Assembly: GCA_964596525.1 (NCBI GenBank)
Contig: CAZQUL010000001.1
Location: 12,830 to 76,829, forward strand
Direction of reading: 5' to 3'
Source: an uncultured Gammaproteobacteria bacterium
GTDB taxonomy: Bacteria > Patescibacteriota > Patescibacteriia > Magasanikbacterales > GWA2-37-8
Length of the DNA: 64,000 nucleotides
The translations under genes and the position numbers were made by a program. Below, piece by piece: positions 57,694 to 64,000 of the stretch; the first letter of the stretch is position 1, and each line of letters begins with the position of its first letter. The notes under the pieces are model-generated. The model saw only the letters and a list, made by a program, of their open reading frames with translations. It was not told where the DNA came from and did not search any database.

Positions 57694-58104
57694 TTATTTA
57701 GCGGCCGTTGAAGAGGCCGGAGCAGCCGCTCGGGTCAAGCGATTGCCGACGAAGTAGGTTACCGAGTAGGCCGACAGTGTAATGATAAGACCCATGACGC
57801 ATGCCTTTATGATTGACTGCGCTTTTTCGATTTTTCCTTCATCGCCCTGAGCTGTCATCCAGAGAATGCCGGCGTAAATGGTGAGCAGGAAGAAGATGGT
57901 ACCGGTAATCGCCAGCACACCGCGCACCACGGTACCTATCGTACCGGTCAAATCACGGCTCAAGCCCGTACCGCTTTTATCACCCACAGCTTTATCGAGA
58001 TTACTCATTGCCTTGTCGAGCTGGGCGTGGGTAAAAGAAACCGGAGCTAAAGCCATAATACCGGCTACGAGCGAAACAGTGAGAAACGAGAAGAAACGGC
58101 GCAT
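57694..58104 (-). CDS. VirB2/TrbC-like pilin-family protein (3)
   Basis: YAGILWMTAQGDEGKIEKAQSIIKACVMGLIITLSAYSV. Confidence 0.7.
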   Translation of the reverse strand: MRRFFSFLTVSLVAGIMALAPVSFTHAQLDKAMSNLDKAVGDKSGTGLSRDLTGTIGTVVRGVLAITGTIFFLLTIYAGILWMTAQGDEGKIEKAQSIIKACVMGLIITLSAYSVTYFVGNRLTRAAAPASSTAAK

Positions 58105-58158
58105 AAAAAGTTATATAATTAACACTAATGAAGAGGAGTAAAAGCAGGCTAAGAGATA

Positions 58159-58713
58159 TTAATTTCCCACATCAACGCAACGAGCATTGTCAGTTCCTTC
58201 GTTTATCCACGCACATATCGAAGCATTCGCATTGGTGTTTTCGGCAAGACAGGAATCACGCGTAACGTTGATGACACACGAGACATTATTTCCAGCCGCA
58301 CTTGAGGCAGCAGCGTTACGGGATAACTGATCGAAGACGAACTGAGTAATAGCGTACGCAGCCAAAACGATCACCAAACCGATAACCGAAGCTTCCATGA
58401 TACTTTTCGCTTTGCTGATACTGTCTTCGCTGCCGCGAGCCGTCATCCAGAGAATGCCGGCGTAAAAGATGAGTCCAAAGAAAACGATACCCAAAAAGCC
58501 CAACACCGCACCAACCAACGTACCGACCAGCTCGGGAACGGTGCCTGCGCCGGCTATTTTAGAAGGTAAAAGATTCGCGTTGCCGCGATTAACTTCTTGG
58601 ACCGTAAGAGACAGGCCGTAATCTTTTTTCTGTTGCGCATGAGCGCCAGAAAACGGCAGGACAAGTGAGGCAAGCCCTACCACAAGGCTGCCGATGACAA
58701 GCATTTTTTTCAT
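58159..58713 (-). CDS. VirB2/TrbC-like pilin-family protein (4) with Cys-containing C-terminal tail
   Basis: YAGILWMTARGSEDSISKAKSIMEASVIGLVIVLAAYAI. Start placed at the MKKML ATG; the track uses an upstream TTG. Confidence 0.7.
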   Translation of the reverse strand: MKKMLVIGSLVVGLASLVLPFSGAHAQQKKDYGLSLTVQEVNRGNANLLPSKIAGAGTVPELVGTLVGAVLGFLGIVFFGLIFYAGILWMTARGSEDSISKAKSIMEASVIGLVIVLAAYAITQFVFDQLSRNAAASSAAGNNVSCVINVTRDSCLAENTNANASICAWINEGTDNARCVDVGN

Positions 58714-58847
58714 ACCGTACAAGGTCCTAAATGAAGAAGGTAATGCCCCGAAAAGTTGGGTCTTTGCGAAGCACTCTCTTCTTCAAACCCCTCAGTCCGA
58801 GGGAGTGGCGGCCGCACACCCCCTCGAACATAAGAGAGATTCTCGTT

Positions 58848-59264
58848 TTAGAGTCCTGAGCCCGTAGTACCGGTACCTGTCGTTGCCGCTACGAGCTGGT
58901 TGATGATGAAGCTGGTAAGGGCGTAAGCCATGAGGATGATAGCCAAACCGATAGCCGATCCGGTGATCCAAGCTTTAGCCTGAGCAGTCTGGTCTTCGTT
59001 GCCTCCGGCGGTCATCCAAAGGAAACCGGCGTAGAGCATGATAACTACCATGACGGTAGCGATAAGACCAAGAAGGGCTTTGATAATGTTGGAAACCACG
59101 ATGCGGAAATCACGGTCCGGGAGCCCCGTAGCCTTGATCTGCGAGACACCGAAGGTGTCAGCAGTTACCGATTGAGCGGAAGCCGTCGAGACAAACGTCC
59201 CAGCGGAAGCTACGAGCGTCAAACCCATTACGAAAGCGGTCATGAGTTTTTTGGTTGTGGACAT
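58848..59264 (-). CDS. VirB2/TrbC-like pilin-family protein (5)
   Basis: YAGFLWMTAGGNEDQTAQAKAWITGSAIGLAIILMAYAL. Confidence 0.7.
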   Translation of the reverse strand: MSTTKKLMTAFVMGLTLVASAGTFVSTASAQSVTADTFGVSQIKATGLPDRDFRIVVSNIIKALLGLIATVMVVIMLYAGFLWMTAGGNEDQTAQAKAWITGSAIGLAIILMAYALTSFIINQLVAATTGTGTTGSGL

Positions 59265-59441
59265 ACTGTCACCTCCCTTCGTGATAAAGCTAGGTATGGC
59301 ATGCCGTCATCCGACACACCGCTGACACAATCTTTTGAGCTTGTGCCAATGGTGTTTCTGATGATCTAAACGGCCTATGCTAGCATGATTTAGTAATTTT
59401 GTCAAGTATCCTGAGAAGCGTCCTCATTGTAGCATGTTTTT

Positions 59442-59882
59442 TTACTTCGCGCCAGTCAGATAATCCAGATAGGTGCCAAGCAGGATGTAGCTCGCTAAAA
59501 TAACGAGCACGCCAATGACGGCCCACATCATGGTCTTGCTCCCCTGCGCAATCTGGTCGCTATTTCCAGCTGCAGTAAGCCACATGAAACCGCCCCATAC
59601 CACCATCATGAGCGTTAAGGAACCCATGATAAGAAGCACGAACTGAATAAAACCACCGACTTGGGCAAAGATGTTAGTGCCGCGCGACTGGAGCGGATTG
59701 GGAATTGTGGTGCATGTGCCAACACCATCAGGGCACGGTGCGCTATTGGTGGCGTTGAAACCAGGCGTATTGGCATTCGGAAGCGACGTGGTCTGTGCCA
59801 GAACGGCGGAGCCGGATAATGCACCAACAAAAACGAGCGCGGTAATGAAGAGGCGGGGTGCGCGATGCACAAAAGATAGCAT
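59442..59882 (-). CDS. VirB2/TrbC-like pilin-family protein (6)
   Basis: WGGFMWLTAAGNSDQIAQGSKTMMWAVIGVLVILASY. Start placed at the internal Met MLSFVHR to avoid overlap. Confidence 0.65.
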   Translation of the reverse strand: MLSFVHRAPRLFITALVFVGALSGSAVLAQTTSLPNANTPGFNATNSAPCPDGVGTCTTIPNPLQSRGTNIFAQVGGFIQFVLLIMGSLTLMMVVWGGFMWLTAAGNSDQIAQGSKTMMWAVIGVLVILASYILLGTYLDYLTGAK

Positions 59883-59892
59883 AAAGTAAGAA

Positions 59893-60855
59893 TTATCCAA
59901 CGGTATCAAAGATGAACTTAACGATAAGCGAACTGCCAAGCATAGCCACTACGCCAAGCGTTGTCCATACGATGATCGTTTTCGCTTTATCGATGCGATC
60001 GCCATTGCCTGCAGCTGTCATCCACAAGATACCGGCCCAGACATAGAGCGCAAGAGCAAAAGAACCGATGAAGGCCAAAAAGACATTGATGATCTGAGCA
60101 ATAACTTCGGTGATCGTGCGGAATTTGGTTTGATTAAGTACGCTTGCTTCTTGCGTTAAGTTGATATTCCCCTGCAAAGCATCTTGCTGGGTTTGATCTT
60201 CGGCGTCGCGGAGATTCTCTTCTTGGTTGACACGCGCTTGGAAGGCCTGGCACCCAGCACCGCGGGCGATAACGTCTTTATATTTGGGATATGTCGTGCC
60301 AGTGAACGGACGGTAATCTTGGCCAAAAGAAGCGCAGGAAGGCGTAAATTTAAGGGCATCGCCCTCTTGATCATAGTCGACAGCTCTGCTGCAATCTGAT
60401 AAACGCCCACCTTGATTTCGGCAGCAGCAGAACGGGTCGAGATAGTTGCATTTTTTGGCAAAATCTTCTCCATCTCGGCTGCCACCATACCACTGCACCT
60501 CACCTACTTTTATGTCGCAACCATTTTCATTAGACGAATAGAGGAGTGGATATCGATTATACGGTTTGTCATCGACGGACTTACGCAAAACTTCAAAGAG
60601 AGGCAGGTCGTCAAAAGTATTAAAACTCATCCATTTATAACTTCGTTTGGCACCACCATCAATTTTAAAGTCAATTTCACAATAGCATGCACCGACGCAG
60701 GTTGACGGATCCCGACATTCATCGTCGTATACCTCTCTAACTCCTGACAGGTCATTAACGATGTAGGCAGCCTGAATAGATTGTGGTTTGAAAAAACCGC
60801 CGATCAAGAAAAATAGGCCCACGATGACAATCAACCTGACAAGACGTTGTACCAT
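59893..60855 (-). CDS. VirB2/TrbC-like pilin-family protein (7) with large Cys-rich N-terminal ectodomain
   Basis: WAGILWMTAAGNGDRIDKAKTIIVWTTLGVVAMLGSS at the C-terminus; 20+ Cys in the N-terminal domain. Confidence 0.65.
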   Translation of the reverse strand: MVQRLVRLIVIVGLFFLIGGFFKPQSIQAAYIVNDLSGVREVYDDECRDPSTCVGACYCEIDFKIDGGAKRSYKWMSFNTFDDLPLFEVLRKSVDDKPYNRYPLLYSSNENGCDIKVGEVQWYGGSRDGEDFAKKCNYLDPFCCCRNQGGRLSDCSRAVDYDQEGDALKFTPSCASFGQDYRPFTGTTYPKYKDVIARGAGCQAFQARVNQEENLRDAEDQTQQDALQGNINLTQEASVLNQTKFRTITEVIAQIINVFLAFIGSFALALYVWAGILWMTAAGNGDRIDKAKTIIVWTTLGVVAMLGSSLIVKFIFDTVG

Positions 60856-60859
60856 ATAA

Positions 60860-61582
60860 TTATTGCAAACGGAATTGTTGGCTGAGACCCAGAGCATCGG
60901 CCAAGATGGTAATGAGAAGATACGCACCGAAGACAACCGCGAGACCGATGACCGCGGCCACCATGGTATTCTTACCCGATTCGATCATGTCAGAACTGCC
61001 GCGCGAAAGAATGAACTTGAAGCCGCCGATGAGGAAAGCGACAAGGGCGATGCCACCGACAAGGCCGAGCAGCAAATTGGCCAGATCGATAGCCAGTTTG
61101 ATGAAAATACGCACGTCTTTGCACTCGCCACGGACCGTGCTTTCGAATACGCAGGCAGGCATGATGCGCTGCAAAATACCGGTTTGACCATTACTTTGCG
61201 CTTCAACGTTCGTCTGGTTTTTCTTGCTCACGAGGAGCCGGGCAGCATCTTGCAAGGTGGCGGTTTTAAAGTTACGGACTTTTACCGAACACGCTTCAGC
61301 GTTAGGCTGAAATTCACAGGTGGTGTATTTGCTGTTAATAGCCGGATTGCCCGGAGCACACGAAGTGGCATCGGCTTCAAAACATTCCGCGTCAAAACGA
61401 TTGGCATCATCGAATATGCTCACGTCGGTTTCTTGGACTACAGCATCTTCGGGAAACTTAAAGACATAGCAATAACAGGAACCGGCTGCCTGCGCGCCCT
61501 GAGCATTCCCTAACAGCCCTGCCAACAAGGCGAAGGCAAGAAGAGAACTAGAAACTAAACGGCGAAGAAGAAACATAGGCAT
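60860..61582 (-). CDS. divergent pilin-family-like protein (8) with Cys-rich N-terminal domain
   Basis: Same architecture: signal peptide, then C-terminal double TM GGIALVAFLIGGFKFILSRGSSDMIESGKNTMVAAVIGLAVVFGAY. The loop motif is degenerate. Confidence 0.5.
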   Translation of the reverse strand: MPMFLLRRLVSSSLLAFALLAGLLGNAQGAQAAGSCYCYVFKFPEDAVVQETDVSIFDDANRFDAECFEADATSCAPGNPAINSKYTTCEFQPNAEACSVKVRNFKTATLQDAARLLVSKKNQTNVEAQSNGQTGILQRIMPACVFESTVRGECKDVRIFIKLAIDLANLLLGLVGGIALVAFLIGGFKFILSRGSSDMIESGKNTMVAAVIGLAVVFGAYLLITILADALGLSQQFRLQ

Positions 61583-62988
61583 TAGAAGGTCTGATCAATT
61601 TTGGCGGCGGCACGATTGAGGATGGCCTGATACCAACGGCCCGGTTCTTGGCCTTCGGGAAGCGGTACCTGCCATTCGTTGATCATGTCGGAAAGGGCTT
61701 TGACGGCAGCTTCATAATTGGTTCCTTTGTACCAGTTGCGGGCAACGAGGATATGGGTGACGAACGGGAAAAGATTGGGGTTCTCGAGCTGGGTGCCGAC
61801 ATAGGTGCGCAGCGCGGTGGGGCGCTCGGTTTTGTCGAGGTATTCTTTGGTGGCCGGTGAATGGGCAATGTAGTCGATAAACGCCCAGGCTGCTTCTTGG
61901 TCCGGAGATTTTTTGGTAACGGTCTGGACCCAGTAATTAGCTACGTTGCGGGCCCGATCCGGGTCGATCTGGAAGAGCGGAATGATACCAAAATTGAGCT
62001 GCGGGGCGCGCGCCTTAATGACTGGCAAGTGATAATTATATCCAAAGAAGAACGCCAAGGAACCGTTAGTGAACGCATCGAGGGCGCTCGGCAAACTGGA
62101 GGACCAGCTGTAGGTTTCGGCAGCCGGATTGGCAAAGTCGGCGTAAAAGTTGAGGATATTGTACGCTGGCGGTTGCTCTTCGTAGGCCAGCGTGCGTGGC
62201 GGCAGCTGGAACGTAGGGCGGCCGGCTTTGTCGACAAAACTAAGACGGTTTTGCTCAAAAAGAGTGAACAGAATATCGTCAGCACCCGGAATATTGTTGC
62301 CGGTGCCGAGCGCTACGCCGGACTGGAGGATTTTGCCGTCCTTATCGATTTTGCTGATTTTTTGCACGGCGGCTTGCAGTTCGGACCAGGTTTTGGGCAC
62401 TTCGGGAATACCGGCGCGATCGAGGATGTCGCGATTATAATAGACCGCAAGAGAATCGAGCGATAAGGGCAAACCGTAAATCTGATTATCAAAAACTACG
62501 TCTTCGGCGACAGCCGGAACATATTCATTAACGAGCTGTGGAACCGTGAGCAAGCGGCGTGCGCCGGGAACAACCGTAGATTTGCTATCAAAAGAGCTGC
62601 CAGAACTGATGACGCGGTTATCCGGAACTTCGAGCGGCATGGTGGCCAGCTTGGAGCGCATGAGCGGAAGGGAGCGGTTGCGCAGAGAAACGATATCTGG
62701 ACCGCGGTCTTCGGCCAATTCTTCGATAAGGCGCTGGTAGAGCTCTTCGGGGCGGAGCTGGCGGATAGTAATGGAGATGTGGGGGCGCTCAGCCTGGAAC
62801 GCAGCTGCGAGTGCTTTGAGCTGATCCACATCGTCATAGACCGTCCAGTATTCGAGCTGTGCTGGTTTGACCGCTGCCGCCTGCTCGGCCTGTTGCGTGG
62901 ATTTGCAGCCCAAACCAGTGAAGGCGAGGATGCCTATGAGAAGGATGGCAAGGAGAGAATTTTTCTTAACGCTTTGATGCCTTAGCAT
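61582..62988 (-). CDS. ABC transporter substrate-binding lipoprotein, family 1 (sugar type)
   Basis: Lipobox LGC; overall SBP_bac_1-like architecture. Confidence 0.7.
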   Translation of the reverse strand: MLRHQSVKKNSLLAILLIGILAFTGLGCKSTQQAEQAAAVKPAQLEYWTVYDDVDQLKALAAAFQAERPHISITIRQLRPEELYQRLIEELAEDRGPDIVSLRNRSLPLMRSKLATMPLEVPDNRVISSGSSFDSKSTVVPGARRLLTVPQLVNEYVPAVAEDVVFDNQIYGLPLSLDSLAVYYNRDILDRAGIPEVPKTWSELQAAVQKISKIDKDGKILQSGVALGTGNNIPGADDILFTLFEQNRLSFVDKAGRPTFQLPPRTLAYEEQPPAYNILNFYADFANPAAETYSWSSSLPSALDAFTNGSLAFFFGYNYHLPVIKARAPQLNFGIIPLFQIDPDRARNVANYWVQTVTKKSPDQEAAWAFIDYIAHSPATKEYLDKTERPTALRTYVGTQLENPNLFPFVTHILVARNWYKGTNYEAAVKALSDMINEWQVPLPEGQEPGRWYQAILNRAAAKIDQTF

Positions 62989-63022
62989 AGCGTTAATACG
63001 GAAGATAAAAACAGTGGGCTTA

Positions 63023-63889
63023 TTATATCACACTCTTTAGGAACTTCCTAAAATCGGGAGCTAGCTTTTTGTCACGGAGGGCAAAATCGACGTTGGCTTT
63101 GAGGTAGCCGAGCTTGGAACCAGTGTCGTAATGGATTCCTTCTACCTTGCACGCATATACCGCGCGCTGCTTGATAATCTTGGCAATCGCATCGGGGAGC
63201 CAGATTTCGCGGTCTTTGCCGGGTTTGGTTTTTTCAAGTGCAGGGAAAATATCGGGCGTAAGGATGTAGCCACCGAGGCACGCGAGGCGCGAGGCGGTTT
63301 TTTCGGGACCGGGTTTTTCAATGAGACTCGAAACTTGCGCGATTTTGGAGGTAACAGGCTCGGCTTCGATAATACCGTATTTCTTGGTTCCTTCATCATC
63401 AACATTAAAGGCGGTTAAAACCGGATTTTGATACCGCTCATACACTTCGATGAGCTGTGCCAAATGGGGTTTTTTGGGCGAATAGAAAAACTCATCGCCC
63501 CAGACGACGGCAAAGGGTTCGTCGCCGACGAGGTTCTTGGCGCAGAGAACGGGCGTACCGTTACCATACGGACCTTTCTGGCGGATAAAGACGAAATTCG
63601 CCAGATCGGTGATGCGCTCAATCTCTTCGGCCTGCTCGTATTTGCCCTGTTTTTTGAGCCAGTTAACGAGTTCGGAATTGGGGCTAAAATGGTCTTCGAT
63701 GGCGCGTTTGTTGGCGCCGGTGACGAGAATGATGTCTTTGATACCGGATTTAACGGCGTCTTCTACCACGTACTGAATAGTCGGTTTATCGACGATGGGC
63801 AGCATTTCTTTGGGCTGGGCTTTGGTGGCCGGAAGAAAACGCGTGCCGAGGCCGGCGACCGGAATGATGAGTTTGCGGACGGAAGACAT
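63023..63889 (-). CDS. galU: UTP-glucose-1-phosphate uridylyltransferase
   Basis: LIIPVAGLGTRFLPATKAQPKEMLPIVDKPTIQYVVEDAVKSGI. Start at the internal Met MSSVRKL. Confidence 0.85.
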   Translation of the reverse strand: MSSVRKLIIPVAGLGTRFLPATKAQPKEMLPIVDKPTIQYVVEDAVKSGIKDIILVTGANKRAIEDHFSPNSELVNWLKKQGKYEQAEEIERITDLANFVFIRQKGPYGNGTPVLCAKNLVGDEPFAVVWGDEFFYSPKKPHLAQLIEVYERYQNPVLTAFNVDDEGTKKYGIIEAEPVTSKIAQVSSLIEKPGPEKTASRLACLGGYILTPDIFPALEKTKPGKDREIWLPDAIAKIIKQRAVYACKVEGIHYDTGSKLGYLKANVDFALRDKKLAPDFRKFLKSVI

Positions 63890-64000
63890 AGTGAAGGCAG
63901 TAAAAGATAGCTCAAGTTTAACAAACAAACGAACGACGAGCAATAAACGAACAAAGTTCGGGATATCTTGACATAGTTTTGGAGCCGTGCCAAGGTGATT

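Noticed and set aside
1-64000. CRISPR arrays, transposases, integrases, phage genes
   Set aside because: No regularly spaced short repeats, IS-like inverted repeats, or recombinase or transposase-like ORFs were seen by eye.

Overview
This 64-kb window looks like a compact, gene-dense bacterial chromosome segment, with about 52% GC outside one anomalous island and many minus-strand operons.

Housekeeping content: the ribosomal protein S15 and polynucleotide phosphorylase genes in tandem (rpsO-pnp), leuS, infB, trxA, rnj, rny, secG, HU, mutM, ribA, galU, and four tRNAs: Leu-UAG, Arg-UCU, His-GUG (with G-1) and Leu-CAG.

Host-interaction-like content is heavy: Tat and Sec secreted proteins, lipoproteins, beta-propeller proteins, and small Cys-rich secreted proteins.

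The most striking block is a tandem array of 8 paralogous small membrane proteins with VirB2/TrbC-like type IV secretion system (T4SS) pilin topology and a strongly conserved YAG-[IF]-LW[ML]TA-x-G-x-[ED] loop motif (56.7-61.6 kb). A ninth divergent copy lies at 15.9 kb. The array sits between an ABC substrate-binding lipoprotein and a ComEC gene that is split into two ORFs by an embedded SAM-methyltransferase gene. This pilin-array and ComEC organisation, plus the reduced biosynthetic content, is typical of Candidate Phyla Radiation (CPR)/Patescibacteria genomes. That taxonomic assignment is inference, not proof.

Other unusual items:
- A leucyl-tRNA synthetase carrying a complete Nudix-box domain inserted after the editing domain.
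- Three tandem paralogous lipoproteins with thrombospondin type-3 (TSP3) Ca-binding repeats.
- An approximately 0.9-kb GC-rich (about 70% GC) non-coding-looking island.
- A promoter-to-terminator bounded candidate structured sRNA, about 200 nt, with a 6S-like closing stem.
- A 25-nt perfect direct repeat found twice upstream of minus-strand genes.

No CRISPR array, transposase or integrase was recognised.

Coordinates for internal start choices were computed from the ORF track frames. Promoter, terminator and tRNA coordinates were read from the printed sequence and may be off by 1-2 nt.
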